Below, in pieces: positions 1-9,468 of a stretch of 64,000 nt of DNA. Location: NCBI GenBank assembly GCA_033762915.1, contig JANRLD010000107.1, forward strand, positions 1-64,000, in the 5' to 3' direction. Source of the DNA: Meiothermus sp. GTDB lineage: Bacteria; Deinococcota; Deinococci; Deinococcales; Thermaceae. Both the position numbers and the translations under genes were made by a program. Every line of letters begins with the position of its first letter. Positions within the stretch are counted from its first letter, which is position 1. The notes under the pieces were generated by a model. It ran no database searches, had not been told where the DNA came from, and saw nothing but the letters and a program-made list of their open reading frames with translations.

Positions 1-19
1 GCAAACCTCAAAATCATCC

Positions 20-943
20 ATGGACGGAGTGTCAACAATGTCAAACTCAACAAGCCTTCAAAACATCAACGGAATAGCCAGTAAAAGTGAAATAGCTGCC
101 TTTGGGGCCATTCATCTTAACATCACTTCAATTGTAAAAGCGATTGATTTTTGGACCAAAATTGGAGGCCTGAAATTGCGTACCCAATCGGCTACAAGTG
201 CTGAGTTGGGCACAGAAACGCAAACACTTGTGGTTGTGCATCAAACCGCCAAGTCGGCCTTTAAAAAAGGCTATAGCGGTATCTATCACTTTGCAATTCA
301 CCTTCCCAATCAACAGGAATTTGCAAAGACACTTTATCGTTTGCAGCAATATGATTATCCGCACTCCCCGACCGATCACACCATGACGCAATCGATTTAT
401 TTGGAGGAAGCAGATGGAATCACGGTAGAGTTTGCATTAGAAACGCCCGAAAGATATAAGAGGGTGATTACCGAAGGCGGACTCTTTATGGAAGATGCTG
501 ATGGAACCATAAGGTCTGCCTCTGCCGCTTTGGACACAGAATACGTGTTGAAAGGCCTTACAGACAAGGATTTAACAAAAAGCATTGCGGTTGAGTCGAA
601 AATAGGACATGTGCATTTTTCCGCCAATGATGTAACAAAGTCAAACGATTTCTTTAGAACAATTGGCTTTACCCAGTTTAACTATCTTCCTCAGTTTATG
701 TACGCCGATTTGGGTATGGGAGGTGTTTACCAACATCGCATAGCCCTGAACTCATGGCATGGGAAAAACAGACCATTGGCTCCGGCGGAAAACGCAGGTT
801 TAGAGCACTATGAAATCATCTTTAACTCAAAGGAGCAGCTTCAAAAAGCGATCGCCGTGCTTGCTAAGGTTGATGAATACGGCGATGAATACTGGACGCT
901 AGACCCAACTGGGAATAAGGTTCTACTTACTCATAAAAAATGA
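20..943 (+). CDS. VOC-family protein, catechol 2,3-dioxygenase (CatE)-like
   Basis: Two glyoxalase modules (FGAIHLN..., GIYHFAI, IGHVHF, YQHRIALNSW, DPTGNKV). Low GC and no CTCGAG. The start could be the ATG at 38. Confidence 0.8.
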   Translation: MDGVSTMSNSTSLQNINGIASKSEIAAFGAIHLNITSIVKAIDFWTKIGGLKLRTQSATSAELGTETQTLVVVHQTAKSAFKKGYSGIYHFAIHLPNQQEFAKTLYRLQQYDYPHSPTDHTMTQSIYLEEADGITVEFALETPERYKRVITEGGLFMEDADGTIRSASAALDTEYVLKGLTDKDLTKSIAVESKIGHVHFSANDVTKSNDFFRTIGFTQFNYLPQFMYADLGMGGVYQHRIALNSWHGKNRPLAPAENAGLEHYEIIFNSKEQLQKAIAVLAKVDEYGDEYWTLDPTGNKVLLTHKK

Positions 944-1006
944 AATAGCTATTGCTACCATTTACAGCCATCCCAGTCGTTTCGTTTTAAGCCAGGAGTC
1001 AATACT

Positions 1007-1666
1007 ATGTCAACAGAAGAAGGAGCACAGCTAAAGTACATTATTCGAACACCGAAAGGGAGTTCTGTAGACTCTCCTTTGCTAATATTGCTTCATGGGC
1101 ATGGCGGCAATGAAAACGACTTGTTTTCGCTACAAAATCATTTTCCTGATCACTGGTTGGTGGTTTCTATTCGTGGTCCATACACCATTGGCCCCAATAG
1201 CTACCGTTGGTATGACGTAAAAATGGTCAATGGCATAATAGCAATCAATATTGAAGAAGAGGAAACAAGTAGAAGAAAGCTGATTGGGTTGATTGGGGAT
1301 ATTTCGGTTAACCATGAAGTCGATACAAATAGAATTATCGTAGTGGGTTTTAGCCAGGGAGCAAACATGGCGCAAAGTATTGGAATAGGCGAACCTAAGG
1401 TAGTGTCAGGTTTTGGAGTGTTTAGCGGCAGATTTGTAGAAGAATTTATTCCATACATCAATAAATCAGATGAATTGAGAGGTACGAAAGCTTTTTTGTC
1501 TCATGGCAGTGGTGATAACATGCTACCGATTACTCATGCTTTAGAGAATAAACAAAAGTTGGAAAAACTCGGCATTCAGGTAACGTTTTCTGAAGATCAA
1601 AATGGACACTCTGTTTCATCTAAACAGGTCAGTGATTTTACAAAATGGCTTTTGAGTAACTACTAG
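1007..1666 (+). CDS. Phospholipase/carboxylesterase (alpha/beta hydrolase)
   Basis: LLHGHGGNE, GFSQGA nucleophile motif, HGSGD, GH. AGGAG RBS upstream. Low GC. Confidence 0.85.
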   Translation: MSTEEGAQLKYIIRTPKGSSVDSPLLILLHGHGGNENDLFSLQNHFPDHWLVVSIRGPYTIGPNSYRWYDVKMVNGIIAINIEEEETSRRKLIGLIGDISVNHEVDTNRIIVVGFSQGANMAQSIGIGEPKVVSGFGVFSGRFVEEFIPYINKSDELRGTKAFLSHGSGDNMLPITHALENKQKLEKLGIQVTFSEDQNGHSVSSKQVSDFTKWLLSNY

Positions 1667-1683
1667 AAAAAGCGTTAAGATCT

Positions 1684-1713
1684 TCACCCCTCGAGTTTGT
1701 CCGCATTCGTACA
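1684..1713. repeat. 30-bp direct repeat copy 1 (copy 2 at 2330-2359), contains CTCGAG
   Basis: tcacccctcgagtttgtccgcattcgtaca vs ttacccctcgagtttatccacattcgtcca, 26/30 identical. Confidence 0.8.
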
Positions 1714-1725
1714 TATAGCTAAAGC

Positions 1726-2280
1726 TCAACCGTAAAGTGGCCAATCTATTGGTGGCAAGGGATGCCAGTTTGGCAGTTCTGCGGCTGCCTTGTTGCACTC
1801 TTTTCGCCAAGGCCGACCAACAACTTGCTCTAACTCATGCTCGAGTGAACCAGGGTGGAACTGGTCAATCACAGCGCCCAAGTCTAAGAGCAAATGCTTG
1901 CTCACTTTTGCTCGATTCGCCAGACTCTTCGCCAGCTCCCCGTCTAGGCAAATTTCCGCTATTGCCCGGTAACTGATGTCAACAAACTCCGATTTGGCCT
2001 GGGTGTGCAGATTGCGGTTTGGCTCCTCGAGCGTTGTGGTGACCAGACCACCGGGATTGGGCAATCCTTCATCGTCGCCAGCCAGGACGATGGGGTCGCC
2101 GAGCCATGCGCCGCAGATTGATTTTGGATCAGGCTTAGGGCGGTCACTGATCAACAGCTTCAATGCGTGTAGACAGTGGTCGCCCCGCAGGATGGCCCGA
2201 AACTTGATCCCTTCGCCAATCCGGGCTGGGTCGAGGTACTGGCGTTTGGCTGGATTCACGACCAAGAAATAAGTGCCCAT
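1726..2280 (-). CDS. Hypothetical protein
   Basis: 184-aa ATG ORF with GAGG RBS, flanked by the 30-bp direct repeat. Confidence 0.7.
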   Translation of the reverse strand: MGTYFLVVNPAKRQYLDPARIGEGIKFRAILRGDHCLHALKLLISDRPKPDPKSICGAWLGDPIVLAGDDEGLPNPGGLVTTTLEEPNRNLHTQAKSEFVDISYRAIAEICLDGELAKSLANRAKVSKHLLLDLGAVIDQFHPGSLEHELEQVVGRPWRKECNKAAAELPNWHPLPPIDWPLYG

Positions 2281-2329
2281 GTTGAGAACCTCGCCGCAAA
2301 ACTACCGATTGAGCCGTGCTTGCGACACA

Positions 2330-2587
2330 TTACCCCTCGAGTTTATCCACATTCGTCCACTTCCCCGTCTTCGTATCTAGCGTAGGAATCCCGTCGTCTT
2401 CCTGGTCCCAGGCGGGGTCGCGGAAGGTCTCCAAGGTGCCGGATAGCAAGTCGTCTATCCGCGCTTGTTCCTCCGGCCCGAACTGGGGTTTCGCAGCGAT
2501 CAGCGTTCGGATGGCCTGGCGTGTGTCCTCAGGTTTATCCGACTGGAGCAGGGGTTCAACTTGTGCCAACAGCTCTTCTACGGACAC
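2330..2587 (-). CDS. Hypothetical small acidic protein
   Basis: 85 aa, GTG start with GGAAG RBS inside the end of the upstream gene. Confidence 0.6.
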   Translation of the reverse strand: MSVEELLAQVEPLLQSDKPEDTRQAIRTLIAAKPQFGPEEQARIDDLLSGTLETFRDPAWDQEDDGIPTLDTKTGKWTNVDKLEG

Positions 2588-3434
2588 GGGGCTTCCTTTC
2601 GGTTTTGTGAGCGATCAGGTACGGGGGGAGGTAGTCCGAATCTACCTCGAGACTCAGGCCGTGGTCGTGGGCCCAGGCGCAGGCGTGGACGAGCGGGAGG
2701 GCCACCAGCCCCTCGAGGTCGCGGCCCCCCCGCACCTGCTGCGACCAGTAGGTGTGGTGGGCCTTGAGGGCGGCCTCGAGCCGGGTGTTAAAGGCCTCCC
2801 GGTTTTTTCCCAGGACCGCCAGCCAGACCTCGAGCAGTGGCAGCTTGGGCTGGCTGCGGGCGGCTGTTTTGCGGGTGATTTCCTGGTGTACCCACTGCTG
2901 CAAAAAGGCCTCGGCCTGCGGGGACTTGCCCCCGGCCAAGGCGCTTAAGAACAAGGGTTCGAGCCGCTCTTGAGTCGGCAACTGGGCAAACCCCGGGCCA
3001 TACACCCCAGGAGCGGCCTCGAGCAGCTGCCCCTGCCGGGCCGCGTCGCGCAGGATCATCGCGCTGGCCAAATCCAGCTTCCAGAAGGAGATGTCGCGGT
3101 TGGCCTTGACCAGATCGGGGCGGTTTCTGACATTGAGGACCCGACCCTCGAGGGTTAGCAGGGCGGTGTTGCTCAGCCCCGCCGCGAAGGCGAAGTGGCT
3201 GGTCCCGAAGGCGCAGTGATACTCCAGCAACTGCCGCACCAGGGCCGGCGGCCTACCCGCCGCCGCGGCCACGATGGCCTGCCTGCGCCAGAACAGCGAG
3301 AGCATCCCCATGTACTCGGGGCTGACGTTGAGGCGGTGGGTTAGGGCCGAGAGCTCGTGACGGAGGCGGTGCAGCGACTGCTCGAGTTGCTTCTCGAGGC
3401 GGGGCAGGCTCTGGGTGGGGTGGCGTTCGATCAT
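2556..3434 (-). CDS. Imm49-family immunity protein
   Basis: C-terminal HHTYW...EGLVALPLVHACAWAHDHGLSLEVDSDYLP matches the Imm49 signature. Start reassigned to the ATG at 3434. Confidence 0.75.
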   Translation of the reverse strand: MIERHPTQSLPRLEKQLEQSLHRLRHELSALTHRLNVSPEYMGMLSLFWRRQAIVAAAAGRPPALVRQLLEYHCAFGTSHFAFAAGLSNTALLTLEGRVLNVRNRPDLVKANRDISFWKLDLASAMILRDAARQGQLLEAAPGVYGPGFAQLPTQERLEPLFLSALAGGKSPQAEAFLQQWVHQEITRKTAARSQPKLPLLEVWLAVLGKNREAFNTRLEAALKAHHTYWSQQVRGGRDLEGLVALPLVHACAWAHDHGLSLEVDSDYLPPYLIAHKTERKPRVRRRAVGTS

Positions 3435-3438
3435 GGGG

Positions 3439-3939
3439 TTATTGGTCGTTACAGATGGGGCAGCCATAAATGGGTTGATAGACTCCGTGGAGGGGACAGC
3501 GTTCAAAGGTGGAGGGCGGAGGCGCGAACGGCCAAACGCGGTCAGGGTCGGGGCAGCGGTGTGCGGGCTCAAAGGCTTGCACCAGCACCCGCAAGCCCTC
3601 GAGGCTTTGCATTACCCATTCTTCGTGCGGCCTATAGTCTAGCCGTTCCCAGCCGGTGCGGGCCTGGGCAGCCGCAATCACCCGCAACACGAAGGCTTTC
3701 TCGGCCCCGAAATCGGCCTCCGACCAGGGCAACTCGCTCAGGTCGAAACCTACCATTCCACTGCCAAATACCCCTTGGTCGCGGCTGGCAAACCAGACCG
3801 CGAAGAGGCGCTGGCGGTCGGTTGCGGCTAAGCTCGAGGCCGCCAGCGACAGCACCGAAACCACCACCGAAGTAAGACCGTTGTTCATTTCAACGCTCGG
3901 CAGGTCGGCTCGGGCTTGGTAGCTGATGGAGTTGGACAC
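3439..3939 (-). CDS. Hypothetical protein with C-terminal CxxH...CxxC
   Basis: 166 aa, GAGG RBS, CPLH...CPIC possible Zn site. Confidence 0.7.
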   Translation of the reverse strand: MSNSISYQARADLPSVEMNNGLTSVVVSVLSLAASSLAATDRQRLFAVWFASRDQGVFGSGMVGFDLSELPWSEADFGAEKAFVLRVIAAAQARTGWERLDYRPHEEWVMQSLEGLRVLVQAFEPAHRCPDPDRVWPFAPPPSTFERCPLHGVYQPIYGCPICNDQ

Positions 3940-4015
3940 AAGACCTCTTTAAGAGTGGATTTGCACCCCTTACAACGCAGCTAGGCTCGGCCGATTTGGT
4001 CTTCGGCGTTCTACC

Positions 4016-5131
4016 CTAACCCTTCAGATCCCCGTGCTTTACCTGTAGCTCGATGGCTTCTTGGGGCACCTTACCATTGGACAGGGTGGGCCAACCCAGC
4101 GGGAGGTGGATTTCGCACTCGAGGTCTAGCAGCGACTTGGGTACGCGGGTCAGGTTGCTGCCGCTGAGGTCGAGTTGCTCGAGCCGCTGAAGTTCCCCCA
4201 TCGTATCGGGCAGGGCGAGCTTGGGATTGTCCGATAGGTCGAGTTCCTCGAGCTGGGTTAACCCCGCGATGGCGGCGGGCACTTCGCCCAGATGGTTGTT
4301 CCCCAGCTTGAGTTCGATCAGCCCCTCGAGGCGGGTGATGCAGGACGGGAAAGTGCTCAATCGATTGTTCTCCAGCCGCAGTATCCCCAGGTTTCTTAGC
4401 TGGCCCAACGGCTCGGGCAGGGCGGTGAGTTGGTTGCCGCTGAGGTTGAGGAAGTACAGCTCGGGCAGCAAGCCAATGGCCCCGGGCAGTTCCATCAGGT
4501 CGAGGTCGGAGAGGTCGAGGTGCTCGAGTTGGCGCAGTTCGCCCAGCCAGTCGGGCAGCAGCCAGATCTCGTTGAGGTTCAGGTTGAGGTGGGTGAGGTG
4601 GGTCAGGCCAACCAGTGGGTCGGGGACGTGTTGAACTCCCAAGAGGGCCAGGTTGAGGTGCCGAAGTGGCAAACTCCACAGCCAGTCGGGCAGTTCCAAA
4701 CCCAAGTTGCCCTGGAGGTTTAGACCATGCAGGGTGGGCAGGTGTTGCAGCCCGTCAGGCAGACGGGTCAGGCGGTTGTTGGCGAGGTTGAGGGCGGAGA
4801 GGTGGTTTAGCTCACCCAGCCAGTCCGGCAGCTCGGTTATTTCGTTGTCATCGAGCCACAACTGCCGGAGCCTGGTCAGCCCCCTGACCGCCTCGGGAAC
4901 CTCAGTCAGCCCATAGCCCGAAAGGTCGAGTTCGGTCGCGTCTTCGAGGATGACTTGAGCCAACGCGCGGTAAAGGGGTGAAGACTGGTTTCTGCTCTGG
5001 TACAGCGATTGCCGCATGGCTTGCACAGTCTGGGGGCTCATGCTTTCCAGCACATCGCGGTTGTTCATGGTCCCAGTCTGAACGAGGGGTGTCGCTGGGA
5101 TGACGTTTGGTGCAATGGAGGGGAAGAGCAT
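4016..5131 (-). CDS. Leucine-rich repeat protein
   Basis: About 12 tandem 23-aa LxxLxLxxNxLxxLP repeats. The start may be the ATG at 5068. Confidence 0.92.
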   Translation of the reverse strand: MLFPSIAPNVIPATPLVQTGTMNNRDVLESMSPQTVQAMRQSLYQSRNQSSPLYRALAQVILEDATELDLSGYGLTEVPEAVRGLTRLRQLWLDDNEITELPDWLGELNHLSALNLANNRLTRLPDGLQHLPTLHGLNLQGNLGLELPDWLWSLPLRHLNLALLGVQHVPDPLVGLTHLTHLNLNLNEIWLLPDWLGELRQLEHLDLSDLDLMELPGAIGLLPELYFLNLSGNQLTALPEPLGQLRNLGILRLENNRLSTFPSCITRLEGLIELKLGNNHLGEVPAAIAGLTQLEELDLSDNPKLALPDTMGELQRLEQLDLSGSNLTRVPKSLLDLECEIHLPLGWPTLSNGKVPQEAIELQVKHGDLKG

Positions 5132-5159
5132 CCGCAGATTTGGGGGGTCTCGAGGGGCG

Positions 5160-5759
5160 TCAGCCCTGTTGCGGTTTCGGTGTCAATTTCTCCAGTGCCT
5201 CAGTGGCCGCCTCGACTTCCTTCGAGGTAGCATCCGCTCTGCGGGCGAGGTAATGCAAGCCCAAGAGGATGCTTGGGGTGCTCACGCCCAGGTTGCCCAG
5301 CGACCAGGCCGCCGAGGCCCGGATGAAGTCTTCGGCCCAGTAGTGGGGGCCGGTGTTTAGGGCGTTCTCGAGGGCGTGTAGGGCTTTGGGGGTGGGGTTG
5401 CCCAGCACGCCCAGGGTGTAGGCCACACCGTCGGCCACGAAGTAGCCCCGGTCGTGGATGTGCTCGGCGATGGCATCCACCATCTCGTCGTCGGAGAACA
5501 TCAGGTTTTGGATCACCTCGAGCAGCTCCGACTTGGTGTCGGAAGAGTGATTCCATTCGCGCACCGCCTCCAGCAGCACCGCCCGCGCCCGTTCGCCGCG
5601 CTCGTCCCAGCACATCAGTTGGCGCATGGAGTTATGGCGGTAGGTCTCGTCGGGGTGCTGGCGTATGGTTCGCAAGATCAGCTCGAGGTCGGCCTCGGTG
5701 TGGTCCACTTCTTCAGACTCGAGGATTTCGTCTAGGCGCTTTGCCTCGGCTTCGGTCAT
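5160..5759 (-). CDS. HEAT-repeat protein
   Basis: IRASAAWSLGNLG, VAYTLGVLG, AATEALEKL. ATGA overlap with the upstream gene. Confidence 0.75.
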   Translation of the reverse strand: MTEAEAKRLDEILESEEVDHTEADLELILRTIRQHPDETYRHNSMRQLMCWDERGERARAVLLEAVREWNHSSDTKSELLEVIQNLMFSDDEMVDAIAEHIHDRGYFVADGVAYTLGVLGNPTPKALHALENALNTGPHYWAEDFIRASAAWSLGNLGVSTPSILLGLHYLARRADATSKEVEAATEALEKLTPKPQQG

Positions 5760-6046
5760 GACTGAGGGTCCGCTGCGTCGTCTGGGTCTTCGGCGTCGTA
5801 CTTGCTCACGTCCACAACACTAAAGTCTTTGAGGTCTTCGTCGCTTAGGGTGACAGGCGGCAGACCCATAAGTTCCCAGATGTCTTCGCGCAGATTGAAG
5901 ATGTGGCCCCAGATGCGGTCGCGCTCGATCTCGGAGAAGCTCGAGATGTCTTGCTCGAGCAACAAATCGTGGGCTTTTTGCAGACCCTCGAGGCCGCCCT
6001 CGGCTTCATACTGCTGGACACGTTCGATCAACTCTTGGTAGGTCAT
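5756..6046 (-). CDS. Hypothetical small acidic protein
   Basis: AAGGAG RBS before the ATG at 6046, coupled to neighbours. Confidence 0.7.
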   Translation of the reverse strand: MTYQELIERVQQYEAEGGLEGLQKAHDLLLEQDISSFSEIERDRIWGHIFNLREDIWELMGLPPVTLSDEDLKDFSVVDVSKYDAEDPDDAADPQS

Positions 6047-6056
6047 AGATACTCCT

Positions 6057-6887
6057 TCAAGGCAGTCCACAGCTGGTGGTCAGTCGGGGGACAAACCCGC
6101 TGCCTGTCCACTCGAGTGCCGAAATCTTGTAGCCCTTGGTGTTGGCTTGGAACATCACGATCTCGAGCCTTCCATCTCCGTTGAGGTCGAGCACATTGAC
6201 CAAATCAAAAAACAGCGGCAACCGCTGGTCGTCTTGCTGGGTAAAAATATCTTGTCCCAGCACGAAGGTCTTTACCGTGCCCCCAACCAGCTTGCGAACC
6301 AGCATCAGCCCATAGGTGCCTTGGTCGCCGTGGGGTACGGGGAACAAGTTGCTGTTGCGGATGCTGTTGGCGGCGACCAGAATAACCTCATCGAGTTTGT
6401 CGCCGTCGAGGTCGGCTCTGGTAGCGCTCAACAGTTCAACCGACGGCAGCGAAAGCCCGGCGCTCTCGAGGTGCATGCGGATGGCCTCGAGGTGGGCGGG
6501 GTTGTTGAGCGGCACTACCACTACAGGCCGAGGGCGCAGGTTCCAAGGGGCGCTTGAGGCTACCAGCCAGCCTTTGCGGTGCAAAGCAGGTTGAACGTTG
6601 ACGCTGTAGTGGCGCTGGCAGGGCGCGGCTTGGGCAGCTCTTTCTGACCCAGTTCCGCTGGTTTTGAGTTTGCCCGCCAAACCCCAAAGCTGGTACCGCA
6701 CCCCTTGATCCGCAAAAGAGTTGGTATCGCTTACCCACGCGGGCCGGGTCGAGCCACCCAGCAAGTCAAAGCGGGTGTCGGTTTCCTCGAGCAGCGAGGG
6801 GAAACCCACCAGAATCAGACGGTTTTGCGGCGCATTGGCTACCCCAAAGCCGAACACCAGCAGCGATAAGCAAACTCGTTTTAGCAT
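6057..6887 (-). CDS. Secreted hypothetical protein with DxDGDG (FG-GAP/VCBS-like) motifs
   Basis: Signal peptide, ADLDGDKLDE and DLNGDGRLEI. Confidence 0.75.
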   Translation of the reverse strand: MLKRVCLSLLVFGFGVANAPQNRLILVGFPSLLEETDTRFDLLGGSTRPAWVSDTNSFADQGVRYQLWGLAGKLKTSGTGSERAAQAAPCQRHYSVNVQPALHRKGWLVASSAPWNLRPRPVVVVPLNNPAHLEAIRMHLESAGLSLPSVELLSATRADLDGDKLDEVILVAANSIRNSNLFPVPHGDQGTYGLMLVRKLVGGTVKTFVLGQDIFTQQDDQRLPLFFDLVNVLDLNGDGRLEIVMFQANTKGYKISALEWTGSGFVPRLTTSCGLP

Positions 6888-6945
6888 CCTTCACCTCGCC
6901 CAGTTTGGTAGGTTGCAGCAGTTTGGAATTCGGGAAGGTAACGGC

Positions 6946-7491
6946 TCATTTGGCTTTCTCCTTGAGGTACTGACGGATCGTCAAAAAGCTAAACAATACA
7001 CCCAGCCCCAAAGCCACGATGCAAAACCACAGGGTTGGCCAAGGCGACCAGTTCTTAACCCAGTCGGTTTCCTCGGCGATGGTGGGGTCTTTGGGCAGGT
7101 AAACCAGCCTAATCCTGTCACCAAGTTTTGCGGCCTCGTAGCGCTCAAGGCTGACCGAGAGTTCCCGCGTGTAGGGTGTGCTGCTGCCGATGACAGGCAT
7201 ATCGAGCTTCAGCTTGCCCAAGTCCCAGATTTCGGTCTTACCGCCCACGTTGTAGCGCACGCTGAGAATGTGGCTATAGCAGGTGCGTCGGCGCGCAGCC
7301 CGCCCGCAGTCATAGCCGCGTTGGTACTTGTCCCAGACCAATCCGGTGGCTTCCTTGCCCTCGGCGCGGAGGGAATCGAGATTGGGCTTTTGGTCGAACC
7401 ACACAATGCTAAACACCACAATTCCACTCATCAGGCACAGCACAGCGATGCAGAAATAAATCTCGGATAGGCTGATTCGGCGCTTTTTCAT
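6946..7491 (-). CDS. DUF3592-like two-TM membrane protein
   Basis: N- and C-terminal TM helices, GDRIRLVYLPKDP motif. Paralog of 10686-11195. Confidence 0.65.
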   Translation of the reverse strand: MKKRRISLSEIYFCIAVLCLMSGIVVFSIVWFDQKPNLDSLRAEGKEATGLVWDKYQRGYDCGRAARRRTCYSHILSVRYNVGGKTEIWDLGKLKLDMPVIGSSTPYTRELSVSLERYEAAKLGDRIRLVYLPKDPTIAEETDWVKNWSPWPTLWFCIVALGLGVLFSFLTIRQYLKEKAK

Positions 7492-7494
7492 GGC

Positions 7495-7950
7495 TCACTC
7501 GTAGTACTTGCCCCAGTAGATCAGGTTGGCGAAGTCCTGCCAGTCCACCACGTCCACCGATTGATCGGAGAATACGCACTCGGCACCGCGCTCGAGGTAG
7601 TTGCCGGGCTGGGTGTTCATCCAGCCGTGGAAGCTGAAGGGGTCGTCTTGGGGCAGGTGTTTGACCTCGGCGAAGTCTCGAGCAAAGCCCAGAATTATCC
7701 CCTGCCAGTTGGCAAACTCCGACTCGGGGTTGAGGTCGAAACGTTCGACTTTTTCTGGCGGTTCGGTGACAAAAGCCTGGGCCAGCATCTCCACAAACTC
7801 TTGGGCTGGGATGGTGGGCTGGTCGCGGTAACTACACCCAAGTTTCCACAGGGCCAGCAGGTAGTGGTCGAGGCTAGGGTCGGCGCTGGGATGCTGCGCC
7901 AGAACTTTGTAAATGGCGGTGTTTAAGGCATCGTAGACGACAATGCTCAT
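7495..7950 (-). CDS. Hypothetical protein, possible immunity-type (DUF7660-like C-terminus)
   Basis: GGAGG RBS before the ATG at 7950. C-terminal WMN...YLE...W..FA..I..GKYYE. Confidence 0.6.
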   Translation of the reverse strand: MSIVVYDALNTAIYKVLAQHPSADPSLDHYLLALWKLGCSYRDQPTIPAQEFVEMLAQAFVTEPPEKVERFDLNPESEFANWQGIILGFARDFAEVKHLPQDDPFSFHGWMNTQPGNYLERGAECVFSDQSVDVVDWQDFANLIYWGKYYE

Positions 7951-8240
7951 GGTTCGACCTCCTCTGACTTCTGCCACAAAACGGGCACATTGCGGTACTG
8001 GGCAGGGAGGTTGGTTCTGGCCTCCTCGAGCGAGCCGTACATCTGGTCTTGCTGGCACTCCCAGTGCCCATCACAGCTAAAGCGGTAGACCTGGGCATCG
8101 TCGTGATAGCGGCAAAGTGCTAGGCCGAAAATCTGTACCGTCGTGCTTCCATCCCCACAGCGCACCTCGCCAAAGGGTTGCTGCGACCAAGCCCACTCGA
8201 GCACACGAGCGCCGTCGATGGAGATGGGCGGCTTTACCAT
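7947..8240 (-). CDS. Hypothetical protein (97 aa)
   Basis: AAGGA RBS, MVKPPISIDGARVLEWAW..., overlaps both neighbours. Confidence 0.65.
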   Translation of the reverse strand: MVKPPISIDGARVLEWAWSQQPFGEVRCGDGSTTVQIFGLALCRYHDDAQVYRFSCDGHWECQQDQMYGSLEEARTNLPAQYRNVPVLWQKSEEVEP

Positions 8241-9460
8241 TCGGGTTTCCGTCCTTGGGCAAACTCCCGCACCGCCGTGAAGGGGGATTCCAGCAGTCGA
8301 TTGATGACATGGTGGTCTACAGGTACCCGTCCCAAGGCCTCGAGGATTTGGCTTTGTAGGTGCTCGGGCAGGTTCTCCCGCAGGGTGAGCCGTGCGAAGC
8401 TGTAGGCGCACTTGAAGCGCAAGTCCGAGTGGAGTTTTTGCTCGGCGGCGCTGGCGTTGGGCGCGGGCGGGGCGGCGAGGAGCTGGGCCAGTTGCTCGAG
8501 ATATGCATGGGTCAGGCGCTCGAGTAGGTTGAGGTCGAACTTGGGGTGGGCCTGCAAGCAGCGGAAGATGCTTCCTTCGGCGATGGAAGCGATGCGCTCG
8601 AGCAGGGCGTAGTCCAGGTTGGGGTGGTTCTCCACTGCCCGCGCCAGCGGATTGCCCGACAGCGAGCCGTACACCATGCCGTCGCGGATGTACAGCTCCG
8701 GTTCGATTTGAAAGAGTTCAGGGTGCTGATTCAGGACCTGTTCGACCAGCCAGGTGGGGGCGTTGCGGTGCTCGATGATGTCCTCGAGGATGTCACGCTC
8801 GGGGTCGTTGGCGAGCTTAACCAAACGCTCGACGGGAATCTCTCTTTTTCGGCTGAAGGACAGATAACGGTAAATGCTCAGGTGGCGGGTGTGGGGGTGG
8901 GGGTGCTCGGCCAGCAGGTCGAGGGTGAGATCGGTAGTGTTGGGGTGATGGGCGACGTTCCAGACCACACGGTCATCGGGGTCGGCGGCGAGGCGGTGTA
9001 GCAAATCGGCGGTGGCGGTGATGTTCTCGGCCACGGCGCGGCGCACCTCGGGGGAGGGGTCTTGGGCGAGGCGCTCGAGCAAGTCGGGCGGACAAAAGCG
9101 GTTATCGGCAGCTGTCTGGCGTACGGTGTGGCGCTTGTGTGCTGCGATGATTTCAAAGGTGGTTCGGGTCGGGGTGACTGTGCGGTTGACCATCGCCCCC
9201 AATACTGCCTTGGCGACCGTCCATTGGGGGTCTCGAGCTAACGCCTCGAGTATCTCCACGGGCGCAGTGTAGTTCTTGGCGACGTTGGCCCTAGTGGGCA
9301 TGTCGCGGCTCTTGGATAGCTCGCGCATTACTTGAAGCGGGAGGTTTGGGCGCAGGGCGATCAGCCTCGAGAGCGCAGTGTCCTGCCGCGCCAGCTCGAG
9401 CAGGCGCTGCGGGCTGGTGCGGTGGTCTTTAGCTTCTTTTTTCAGGGCTTTGATGTCCAT
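8234..9460 (-). CDS. LRV/HEAT-like helical repeat protein, paralog 2
   Basis: LERLAQDPSPEVRRAVAEN repeats. GAGG RBS before the ATG at 9460. Tandem paralog of 9469-10644. Confidence 0.85.
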   Translation of the reverse strand: MDIKALKKEAKDHRTSPQRLLELARQDTALSRLIALRPNLPLQVMRELSKSRDMPTRANVAKNYTAPVEILEALARDPQWTVAKAVLGAMVNRTVTPTRTTFEIIAAHKRHTVRQTAADNRFCPPDLLERLAQDPSPEVRRAVAENITATADLLHRLAADPDDRVVWNVAHHPNTTDLTLDLLAEHPHPHTRHLSIYRYLSFSRKREIPVERLVKLANDPERDILEDIIEHRNAPTWLVEQVLNQHPELFQIEPELYIRDGMVYGSLSGNPLARAVENHPNLDYALLERIASIAEGSIFRCLQAHPKFDLNLLERLTHAYLEQLAQLLAAPPAPNASAAEQKLHSDLRFKCAYSFARLTLRENLPEHLQSQILEALGRVPVDHHVINRLLESPFTAVREFAQGRKPEW

Positions 9461-9468
9461 GAATATCC

